This document shows, one piece after another, positions 18,701-25,689 of a stretch of DNA of 36,583 nucleotides. This DNA comes from a virus (lineage: Duplodnaviria; Caudoviricetes). A program made the translations under genes and the position numbers. The stretch spans positions 1-36,583 of the IMG/VR virus record IMGVR_UViG_3300044631_002517; one strand, given 5' to 3'. Position 1 is the stretch's first letter. Each line of letters starts with the position of its first letter. The notes under the pieces are model-generated. The model worked only from the letters and a program-made list of their open reading frames with translations. It searched no databases and had not been told where the DNA came from.

Positions 18701-19178
18701 AGAAGCTGCGAGCGTTGATGATGCGCTGTTTAACCGTTTTAACTCAGCGGGGTACCAGGGAACCCAAGAAGAGTTTTACAAAGATTTCATGCCTGATGCG
18801 ACTGAAGAAGATAAGAAAATTTTTCAAAATATTTACAGCGGCAAGTCGCCAGTTGATCTTTATTCTTTCAAGCCAACGGGTGATCCCTTCTCTGACATTA
18901 GTCAAATTGAAAACTTGTCATCCTTTGGAGACGAAGACACTGAAACCAAAGAAACAACGGCAGCAACAAGCACAAAACCTAAAAGCAAGTACTTCTCTTT
19001 TTTCCCAGATGAAGATACAGAAGAAGAGGAAGAACCGAGTTCTCCAGTTAAAATTAAAAGAGGCAGTGACATCCTTTCGGAATTTAAGTCACGTTTAAAC
19101 CTTTCTCCCACAGCAGGCAAGACTGGTTCATCTGATTTGTCGGATCCTTTTTCTAGTTCTTTCTTTGGCTCCTTTTAA
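15774..19178 (+). CDS. Large (1134 aa) probable internal virion/ejection protein
   Basis: Long hydrophilic helical ORF with internal repeats and an acidic tail; no catalytic motif recognised. Confidence 0.55.
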   Translation: MPISYDARKKQWSIGYENEKNPIANTVSITRDVWVYERSTQPVVIKGQTTYPLIPVQVKRTATVPVNGGYQDVINALNEAGIPNPKPWEAENALKAEQLIARGNNDANTKKNNEAEKVNSLYRAIDGYSKVAKPGEYLQYKKTIDNSGVDEEVKKNVKAAFDSFYTTQVVSPWDTKNGSKVPFEGFENVIRFDPNYYGSTAIGKTSKEAWDKAVAEGNLDILGRYPNYEAYSYWHYSNVGQNDAKKKGERDPGFKPLTPTDGFEYGKVEESVPGKTDAARQFERDKIATDILGLKQTTEGYQLRDVASQYRNLVTSNAQLKDQWSTAKSEILYAERFPKEAKQPWAQLYEAVKEATGAEPEIQSEAGFGELLTKAYQLDSAQYPGAQKLIKDIQANKEIGAVDTRLSEYDTAITKVAGEAEAKQTEKAAVFQKQFLEDSRRALIEAKKAEQKFDLLSGTSFGQEILGMRENIANSILQESGVGGILSLGGQQKDDLAQKFNLSLDTGKVFGSNNGLLYNWEKWFFDEIEKKYAGGLDVPNDYVPGYQRNIDNGFVTEEQVKSWKQYDDAYNTLQKDPGNISAQQKVNAANLPKDYVPINQRKTTKQEWIDYEAARRAKGWVDNDTLAEWSDYDDAYKTLNNPTATQEEKQKAQEIYNNKPADYLEPGKRIDSDIQFAQDFFNDYLMPRFNASKSISEFRDYINVDKDKQNIFQTEDRLQSLKNAAESASVSWMKALDSLGTSKFNADYYFDPGKYYLEKGVGTEGKSPVLLGDQFQKEWGSTIPDQYIKQKTDISNDWEKAKAGEITKDDNGNDINWQAKAYLYGFDVNNKEDFAKLHYEVLGQARQYDSAPDVFNPRIAQIYLKQVLTPYLADKYAQIGTVFGQFVNPEEFADEFVNKLDPLKNKEQTEKVLKLYGLDPNTEDLTQLKKMISDSIRSSDALDIREQIKKLNQESETPTQELLGVEYIQRASDKREEAASVDDALFNRFNSAGYQGTQEEFYKDFMPDATEEDKKIFQNIYSGKSPVDLYSFKPTGDPFSDISQIENLSSFGDEDTETKETTAATSTKPKSKYFSFFPDEDTEEEEEPSSPVKIKRGSDILSEFKSRLNLSPTAGKTGSSDLSDPFSSSFFGSF

Positions 19179-19465
19179 TGGCTGATAAACGTAAAAAAGC
19201 AGCCAGTGCTGCAAATAGATTTCAAAAAGATAAGATGGCTTGCAACAAGCCTCAAAGAGCCCCTGCAGGAGATAAGCACAAGTACGTGGTCAAAGCGTGT
19301 CAGGGGGGCAAGGAAGGGATTGTCCGCTTTGGTGCTAGAGGTTACGAAGATTACACGCAGCACCATGACGAGAAAAGACGTGCTAACTTTAAGGCCAGGC
19401 ACAACTGCTCCGAGAAGAAGGACAAACTGACTCCCGGCTGGTGGGCCTGCAATTACAACTGGTGA
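19178..19465 (+). CDS. Small basic phage protein
   Basis: VRFGARGYEDYT.H.D.KRR.NF.ARH.C...TPGWW pattern, which I recognise from many phage hypothetical proteins. Confidence 0.65.
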   Translation: MADKRKKAASAANRFQKDKMACNKPQRAPAGDKHKYVVKACQGGKEGIVRFGARGYEDYTQHHDEKRRANFKARHNCSEKKDKLTPGWWACNYNW

Positions 19466-19470
19466 CAACC

Positions 19471-19593
19471 ATGGCAAAACCAAAGTCAAGCTCCTCCATT
19501 AAAATTGAATCCAAGCCCAAGAAGACGCGGCAAGGGCGTTCTAAAAGTACTAAGCTAAAGCCTGGGCAAAAACGCTATCGTGGCCAAGGCTAA
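19471..19593 (+). CDS. 40-aa highly basic protein (not in ORF track)
   Basis: MAKPKSSSSIKIESKPKKTRQGRSKSTKLKPGQKRYRGQG; the KKTRQG...YRGQG pattern is familiar from cyanophage small proteins. Confidence 0.7.
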   Translation: MAKPKSSSSIKIESKPKKTRQGRSKSTKLKPGQKRYRGQG

Positions 19594-20185
19594 GAAGTTT
19601 TATCACGCCGTTATTGATTTAACGGGCAACGTTTACGGTCGTTTAACCGTTCTTGGTTATAGTCCCAGCGTGAAACACCAGTTATCACGCTGGGTTGTTT
19701 TATGTGAATGTGGAAAAAAGTTTACAACTTATGGGATGTCGCTGGTCTCTAGTAAAACAAAAAGTTGTGGGTGTTTACAAAAAGAAAAAGCACAAAAACA
19801 TGGTAATTACAAGCATCCTTTATATAAAATTTGGACCTCAATAAATTATCGTTGTAGCAACTCAAGCTGCAAAGACTATCCTAACTATGGAGGAAGAGGA
19901 ATAAAAAATTTGTTTGACTCATTTGAAAATTTTTGTGAGTCAATGGGGGCAAGGCCTAGTGGCTATACGGTGGAAAGGTTAGATGTAAATGCTCACTACA
20001 GCCCCGATAATTGTACGTGGATTCCCAATAAACAACAAGTTCAAAACAGAAGATGCAGCATAACCGAAGAAAAAAAGCAAGAGGTTATCCGTCTTTCAAA
20101 AGAAATAAAAAACAAAGCTACGATAGCCCGTTTAGTGGGGGTGGGACGAACAAGTGTCAATAGGATACTTAAAAAGTGTGTATGA
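19580..20185 (+). CDS. Free-standing HNH-type homing endonuclease with a C-terminal HTH
   Basis: DLTGNVYGRLTV, CECG, SCGC, YPNYGGRGI, TVERLDVNAHYSPDNCTW; visibly AT-richer than its flanks. Confidence 0.8.
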   Translation: MAKAKKFYHAVIDLTGNVYGRLTVLGYSPSVKHQLSRWVVLCECGKKFTTYGMSLVSSKTKSCGCLQKEKAQKHGNYKHPLYKIWTSINYRCSNSSCKDYPNYGGRGIKNLFDSFENFCESMGARPSGYTVERLDVNAHYSPDNCTWIPNKQQVQNRRCSITEEKKQEVIRLSKEIKNKATIARLVGVGRTSVNRILKKCV

Positions 20186-20209
20186 TTGGGGTAATGTTTC
20201 GTTGTCCTC

Positions 20210-20884
20210 ATGACCGATTACACGTCTGCAATTAATTTAATTTGCAAGCATGAGGGCTTTAACGAGAAAGCCTACGCTGATCCAAGCACAGGTGGAGAAC
20301 CGTACACCATTGGATATGGCACACAGTTTTATCCTGATGGATCTCCAGTGAAACGAGGCCATCTATGCAGCAAAGAAAAGGCGCTTGAATATTTGTTTCA
20401 CGAAGTAGATGTTATTGATACACAACTATCTAAGCTCAATATTGGTATTAGTGATTCTGTTAGGCAAGCTTTGATTTCATTCATCCATTCTGTTGGGTGG
20501 GAGTCTTTTTTCTACAGCAGCATTGTCGATAACCTGGAACACGAAGACCTACAGGAAGTCACAGAAGAAATGACCAGGTGGGTATTTGATGCTGATCATC
20601 AAGTTGTGGGCAGTCTTCTTGATAGGCGCCGAGAAGAAACAACTTTGTTGCTTCGGGATACCGATGCATTCATACAGCCTTGCGCACAGATTCTGCTGGC
20701 GGCGTTCCGCGTTTACTCTGGGGCTGCGCACGAATTACAAGCTATTAAGCACCTGGAAGAAAGCTTGAATCCTTACGTGCTATCTCGGTTTGCCAATGAG
20801 TTTAGGGTCAGCGAAAAACCATGGGACTCTTGTAGCTCCGACGAATACGTTCCCGATGATTTCAACACTGTCTTTGACAGGTAG
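20210..20884 (+). CDS. GH24-type phage lysozyme with a C-terminal extension
   Basis: HEGF...AYADP...PYTIGYG, ALISF...VG, W...LLDRRREE. Confidence 0.85.
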   Translation: MTDYTSAINLICKHEGFNEKAYADPSTGGEPYTIGYGTQFYPDGSPVKRGHLCSKEKALEYLFHEVDVIDTQLSKLNIGISDSVRQALISFIHSVGWESFFYSSIVDNLEHEDLQEVTEEMTRWVFDADHQVVGSLLDRRREETTLLLRDTDAFIQPCAQILLAAFRVYSGAAHELQAIKHLEESLNPYVLSRFANEFRVSEKPWDSCSSDEYVPDDFNTVFDR

Positions 20885-20920
20885 AATTAGAATAGTTGCA
20901 TTAAAAACGTGCAAAGCGGA

Positions 20921-21211
20921 ATGGAGCGTTCAGTAGAGCCACGGGAATTTGAACTTCCTTTAGAGCTTCAATTCTCGATGCGCAAAGCTGAGCTTGCAGC
21001 CCAAGAGATGACCTGGGACGACCTGTACGCTGCTCTGCTGAACCTCTATCATCAACGCCTGATGGAGTGGTATGCAGTAAAAGAGATCATGGCGTCTGAA
21101 AATATTGACATTGACTTTGATATTCCCACTGATCTAGAGCTAGCAGAACTCGCCGCCGCATGTTTATACGACGACGAGGACGAGGATGAAGACGATCTTC
21201 AGCCATTTTGA
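20921..21211 (+). CDS. nblA: NblA-like phycobilisome degradation adaptor with an acidic C-terminal tail
   Basis: FELPLELQFSMRK...EMTWDDL...LLNLYHQRLM...KEIM follows the NblA pattern L(S)LEQ(Q)F...MS...L..L..Q.M; alternative GTG start at 20909. Confidence 0.72.
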   Translation: MERSVEPREFELPLELQFSMRKAELAAQEMTWDDLYAALLNLYHQRLMEWYAVKEIMASENIDIDFDIPTDLELAELAAACLYDDEDEDEDDLQPF

Positions 21212-21267
21212 ATACTTCCGTATAATGCATTGATTTTTGCTATAGTGCACTTAGTGTCTATAGCAAA

Positions 21268-21705
21268 ATGAAACGCTTGAATCCGGAAACAAATAAGCCG
21301 TTCAAGCAGGGAGAGCAAAGAGAAGATGGTTATTATTTTTCGTGTTATCTATTAAACAAAACAGATGGGAAAGGCTACTATTTAGAGCGTTGGTATTCCC
21401 CAGGGACATTTAAGAAATACAAAACCAAAGCAAATGAATTAAATTGTAAAAACAATAAAAAGAAAAGAGAGGAGCGTAAAAAATACATCGATGATTTAAA
21501 GCTATCAAGAAAATGCTTTGATTGTGGCTACAATAAACACTCAGAAGCTTTACAGTTTGATCATCTTCCAGGTAAAAGAAAATCTTTTGCAATCTCAAAA
21601 GGAATACTCAAACCTTTAAGTGAAGTTTTAAAAGAAATTGAAAAATGTCAAGTTGTGTGCGCATGTTGCCACGCAATACGCACACACAACCGCAGGACTG
21701 AATAA
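21268..21705 (+). CDS. HNH endonuclease (free-standing, AT-rich)
   Basis: CFDCGY...ALQFDH...EIEKCQVVCACCH. Confidence 0.82.
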   Translation: MKRLNPETNKPFKQGEQREDGYYFSCYLLNKTDGKGYYLERWYSPGTFKKYKTKANELNCKNNKKKREERKKYIDDLKLSRKCFDCGYNKHSEALQFDHLPGKRKSFAISKGILKPLSEVLKEIEKCQVVCACCHAIRTHNRRTE

Positions 21706-22197
21706 TTACTTAGAGTCGTTTATTTCTATTAAACGCTCTAAGTACCATTTGCATTTTTTTAAATCTTGCACTCCACCTTTGTTTTTCCATCTCCATAGAT
21801 ATTTGACACAGTTGCCCCTTAGGTATCCTTCGTACTCTTCAGTTGTTAATTGTGCTTCAATAGATACAATGCATTCGACTCCACCTGTTTCTGCGTAGTG
21901 CGAAGGATGATTCACTAGGTCTTCCTGGAGCACAGGAGTCGTTTCTTTGGTTGCCCAGGGCACTGGGCAGACACCATCCTTGCACTCAGTCAAGTCGCTG
22001 ATTATCGGCGCAAACCACGGCGAAGACGAGACTGTTCCATCAGTTCCTCGTTCGGTGACCCCAGATCCAGAACTAACGCCTTGGGTTTCGGTGAGGCCCC
22101 CAGCATCACCCCCTGTTCCATAGTTGGAATATAGCCCGTTGCTCCAGGCCGTCCCCCCTCGAGTGCTAAGTTTGTCCGTTCCCTTCCGTCCTGACAT
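21706..22197 (-). CDS. DUF3310-domain protein (start uncertain)
   Basis: DLVNHPSHY..GGVECI...GYLRGNCVKYLWRW..KGGVQDLKKCKWYL. Confidence 0.8.
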   Translation of the reverse strand: MSGRKGTDKLSTRGGTAWSNGLYSNYGTGGDAGGLTETQGVSSGSGVTERGTDGTVSSSPWFAPIISDLTECKDGVCPVPWATKETTPVLQEDLVNHPSHYAETGGVECIVSIEAQLTTEEYEGYLRGNCVKYLWRWKNKGGVQDLKKCKWYLERLIEINDSK

Positions 22198-22343
22198 AAT
22201 GTCAACCCTCTGTTGTACATATCCATTAAGGGTACATCATTTTCTTCGTTGGCGAGAGGTGCGCCAAAATCTTCTTCACTAAGACAACGACAATTCAGTT
22301 CATCTTGAACAAAACTATCTAAAAATCCCGCCGCGCCGTGCAT
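22002..22343 (-). CDS. Hypothetical protein, 113 aa
   Basis: ATG ORF divergent from the gene at 22385; protein-like composition. Confidence 0.55.
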   Translation of the reverse strand: MHGAAGFLDSFVQDELNCRCLSEEDFGAPLANEENDVPLMDMYNRGLTLCQDGRERTNLALEGGRPGATGYIPTMEQGVMLGASPKPKALVLDLGSPNEELMEQSRLRRGLRR

Positions 22344-22384
22344 GACTATTAAGTGGCTTGATTTACTGTTTTTATAATATTATC

Positions 22385-22765
22385 ATGGCAAGATTCTTCG
22401 ACGCTACATACGACCCACGCAACGATTCTGGTACGTCTGGAGCTGAAGTTTCTGACCTAAACCCAGAACAGGCGTACGATACTGACCTGCGTCGAGTTGC
22501 TTCAGACGCAAGAGCATCTGCAGAAAGTCTTAACAACCCTCAAGATCGAATTGCAAAGTTTCTAAGGGCATCTAAAAGTGCTGGGAAATTTCAGCAAACA
22601 CGTATGCTGCAAGATACGACCATGAATGGAAAAACCCCAAGGTCTGAGGCGACCATTGGGGGAGTCACCATTCCAAACCTTGGGGATCGCATTGGTGAGG
22701 CTGGTGGCACCAACTACGCAAGGAAACCAGGACGCAGTGGCGGCACCTTCTACGGTTTTGGTTAG
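22385..22765 (+). CDS. Hypothetical protein
   Basis: ATG 22385 (MARFFDATYDPR) lies 7 nt after the end of TATAAT; the TTG at 22358 falls in AT-rich intergenic sequence. Confidence 0.6.
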   Translation: MARFFDATYDPRNDSGTSGAEVSDLNPEQAYDTDLRRVASDARASAESLNNPQDRIAKFLRASKSAGKFQQTRMLQDTTMNGKTPRSEATIGGVTIPNLGDRIGEAGGTNYARKPGRSGGTFYGFG

Positions 22766-23349
22766 ACCTGGCTGTAGACAACCTCATAGGGTTGGTTCTG
22801 GTACTTACCCTTGCGATCTTGGTAGCTCACGTGGCAGGGCTCACCACGATAGAAAAGGAGTTGCGTAATGCCTTCGTTGGCATAGATGCGATTAAACAGT
22901 CCCGTGCAGTTGCTGATTTCAAGGGTTAGGTGCCCTTCCCATGCAGCTTCTGCAGGCGTGATGTTTACCAAGATACCCGACCGGGCATACGTCGACTTGC
23001 CCACCGCAACCACGGTCACATCACGAGGCAGTTTGATGTGTTCCATTGCTACCCCCAGGCAGTAGCCATAGGGTGGAAGCAGGAAGTATTCACCCTTTTT
23101 ATCTTCCAGTAATTCGGCCGGCTTTAAGATGTTTTCATCAAAAGCTTTGGGATCGCAATCTCCCGCCTGGATCTTACCAAAAATTAAACATTGCTTTGGT
23201 GAAAGGCGAATGTCGTAGCCGTAGGAACTGAGACCATAGCTGAGAAGTCGCCTGCCATCTTCTTTGTTGATCAAGCGATCAACGAAAGGAGAAATCATCT
23301 CTTCTTTTTCTGCCAGCTCCTTGATTTCCCAGTCGGCTAGTACGCTCAT
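22762..23349 (-). CDS. dcd: dCTP deaminase
   Basis: SYGLSSYGYDIRL, GKSTYARSGI, TPAEAAWEGHLTLEISN, YANEGITQLLF, YQDRKGKYQ. Confidence 0.93.
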   Translation of the reverse strand: MSVLADWEIKELAEKEEMISPFVDRLINKEDGRRLLSYGLSSYGYDIRLSPKQCLIFGKIQAGDCDPKAFDENILKPAELLEDKKGEYFLLPPYGYCLGVAMEHIKLPRDVTVVAVGKSTYARSGILVNITPAEAAWEGHLTLEISNCTGLFNRIYANEGITQLLFYRGEPCHVSYQDRKGKYQNQPYEVVYSQV

Positions 23350-23381
23350 AAGACCGTTGATTCGATAATCAGTCTACATAA

Positions 23382-23975
23382 TCAGGTGATGATCCGCCCC
23401 TTTTCCGAATAAATGTCAATGAAATTTTGGGTGTAGTCATCCAGGCCATCACTTGGCTGTAGGTAGACAATAAAAGAACTGCACGTGTTTTTAGCCTCGA
23501 CTCGTCCATCTTCAAAGTAATGGCGCCGAAGCATGGGAGTGTTTTTTAAAAAGCAGATGGGAAAATCAAAAATATCTTGTGCATAACGAATCATGTCAGG
23601 GCAGTTGCCAAAGTAAAGCCCTTGTTTAATCTCGCCCGATAACCACTTGCGTTTTAACGTACGCCACCACAGTGCGTACCCTGAGATTAAGGTGTGTGAT
23701 AAACCGCGTGTACGCTTCCACCTCTGGGACTTGATGTCCCAAAAGTACGTGTGGTTTGGTGGGAACACGTAGACGTTTCCGAACCAATCCTGTTCATTCA
23801 GTCCGTCATCTTCTGGCGTATAGAAGTGTTCGGCATTGACGTAGCTATTTGCTACAGCAGAACTGGCTGGATCCAGATCAATTCCACCCATCAGCATGTG
23901 CGCAGAATTGACCAGATCAGCTCCAGACACCCACTCGAATGTATCAGTGTGAGCATTGCCACGGAAAGAAGGCAT
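23382..23975 (-). CDS. Phage Dam-family N6-adenine methyltransferase homologue with a degenerate catalytic motif
   Basis: IDLDPASS..AN..V.A..FYT..DDGL..DWFGNVY, but FPPN stands where NPPY is expected. Confidence 0.7.
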   Translation of the reverse strand: MPSFRGNAHTDTFEWVSGADLVNSAHMLMGGIDLDPASSAVANSYVNAEHFYTPEDDGLNEQDWFGNVYVFPPNHTYFWDIKSQRWKRTRGLSHTLISGYALWWRTLKRKWLSGEIKQGLYFGNCPDMIRYAQDIFDFPICFLKNTPMLRRHYFEDGRVEAKNTCSSFIVYLQPSDGLDDYTQNFIDIYSEKGRIIT

Positions 23976-24361
23976 TACTTTTCACTCACTTGGCAATAAT
24001 CAATCTCAAGATAACGAATACCATCATCATCATTAATAAGGTATCCAGCTTTTTCTTCTGGATTAATTTTCTGCGCCGCCGCCAATACCCTTCTGAACGT
24101 TTCCGCAAGGTCTCCATTGTCTTCTCGTTCACAACTTTCTTGTGCTGCATGTAATTCTTTTAGTGTCATAAAGAACATGGAGCGTTTTTTATTGGTAGGC
24201 TGAAACACCATGATGCCCGGTCCCTCCGCGTCCCACATCTTGCAATAGTGTTGACCCATGTCACCAAGAATGAGCTTGATTGTGGCGTCAAGCATCTTGG
24301 TTTTGGTTGTATCCAAATCCCCCTGGAGCGCAGAGGCAATTAATTTTTCACGCCTGTTCAT
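23975..24361 (-). CDS. Hypothetical protein, 128 aa
   Basis: Overlap-coupled to both neighbours in a minus-strand operon. Confidence 0.6.
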   Translation of the reverse strand: MNRREKLIASALQGDLDTTKTKMLDATIKLILGDMGQHYCKMWDAEGPGIMVFQPTNKKRSMFFMTLKELHAAQESCEREDNGDLAETFRRVLAAAQKINPEEKAGYLINDDDGIRYLEIDYCQVSEK

Positions 24362-24818
24362 TTTTTAGAAGTCCTTGACGAATCAGTATTTGTTTCATCT
24401 TAGGCAGAGGCTTGTAGATGACGACAAGCTTTCCTAGATTGCCTCGTTTTTTTATGAGCTTTTGATTCTCATCTTTTAGCTTGTCAAATTCTCCTGCCCG
24501 AATTAAATACTCGGCCACACAACGCAAGCGTCGCTTGAGAGACAAATCTGCTTCTGGAAATTTACCACAGATTGTGTCTGGTGCCATGTCCGCAAACGCA
24601 ATACGCAAGCGATTGGCCAAAGTCACATTAAAGTGTGGGTCTTCTTTCTCGAATTCTTTTATGTTGTACAAGTACCGGCGAAGGGTTTCTGTATCAAAAG
24701 AACCTTCAGGAGGCAGGAACATCTCCACTTGATCGGCAAGGCCCTTGGGAAGCAGCTCTTTATAGTTTTCAGTGGTAATTAAGTCAATGGCAATACTATG
24801 AAAACGATTATTCGCCAT
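24348..24818 (-). CDS. Hypothetical protein (start MANNRF)
   Basis: ATG 24818 is preceded by GGGGGAAG and overlaps the upstream stop; the longer TTG start is unlikely. Confidence 0.6.
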   Translation of the reverse strand: MANNRFHSIAIDLITTENYKELLPKGLADQVEMFLPPEGSFDTETLRRYLYNIKEFEKEDPHFNVTLANRLRIAFADMAPDTICGKFPEADLSLKRRLRCVAEYLIRAGEFDKLKDENQKLIKKRGNLGKLVVIYKPLPKMKQILIRQGLLKNEQA

Positions 24819-25260
24819 CTTCCCCCCTAGGTACAGAGCGATCAGGCACATATTTTTGCTTTTCTTCTTGTACATCTTTGTATTTTGTCCTAGCCCTGAA
24901 GGATAAAAGGGAAACCTCGTTGTTTTTGGCAAACGAAGCGATTAGTCTGTTCCACGGGATGCGGATCGTATCTTTTTTCTTGGTGTCAGGGGAGATGTTG
25001 ACATAATGAATATTCTGAGTCCAGCCCTTGGACGGATCTTTTTTTCCAATTAAGATCCAATTGCGAATGGTTTGATCTGAAACATTAAGCCTCTGAGCGC
25101 ACTCCTCGGTTGAGATGTACTCATCTGCGTACGCTTCTGGACCGACCTGGTCAGTCTCATTATTTTTGTACCTGCTACTCCACATGGCACCCAGGATGTT
25201 TTTGATGCCTTTGAGTTCGTACGCAACGTCTTCAAGACCTTTGCGAATACCGTATGTCAT
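24808..25260 (-). CDS. HTH DNA-binding protein (excisionase-like)
   Basis: YISTEECAQRLNVSDQTIRNWI...GW..NIHY. Confidence 0.75.
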   Translation of the reverse strand: MTYGIRKGLEDVAYELKGIKNILGAMWSSRYKNNETDQVGPEAYADEYISTEECAQRLNVSDQTIRNWILIGKKDPSKGWTQNIHYVNISPDTKKKDTIRIPWNRLIASFAKNNEVSLLSFRARTKYKDVQEEKQKYVPDRSVPRGEDGE

Positions 25261-25314
25261 AAAGCAGTTTCTTTATTTAGATGCTAGTCTTTTTTTAGCA
25301 TTCATGTGTGTTTT

Positions 25315-25638
25315 ATGGAAGAGCAGATTCCCGCCAGCCAGGTTCCGGCTAGTATCCCTTCTGCACCGCAACCTACCCCGCAGATTCCTGAAGGTCGTAT
25401 CAGTCCTCAAGACCTGGAACTAATGAAGGCTCGCGCCAGGGAACTGGCTGTTCAGCAAACCTTGATGCAGCAAACAGTTGCAGCTCAAGCGCCTCGTGTT
25501 GTTTATGTTCGTCGCAACTTTACTGTTGCTGAGCTTATTTTGATTATTGCTTTGTCATGTGGCATTGTTGCCGGCGCTCAAGCCAGTTGGAACTTTGTAG
25601 CAAATGCACTGCCGAGGCTGGAAATTAAGATCAAGTGA
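25315..25638 (+). CDS. Membrane-anchored hypothetical protein
   Basis: Pro/Gln-rich N-terminus and C-terminal hydrophobic LILIIALSCGIVAGA. Confidence 0.6.
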   Translation: MEEQIPASQVPASIPSAPQPTPQIPEGRISPQDLELMKARARELAVQQTLMQQTVAAQAPRVVYVRRNFTVAELILIIALSCGIVAGAQASWNFVANALPRLEIKIK

Positions 25639-25689
25639 ATTAAACACACCAGAACTATAATCTTTATATAAGGGATTTTAGTTTAATAC

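Noticed and set aside
18592-19098. 168-aa alternative-frame ORF inside the 1134-aa gene
   Set aside because: K/L-rich shadow of an acidic, low-complexity region with no RBS. I could not see the stop-avoidance signature found in the portal overlap.
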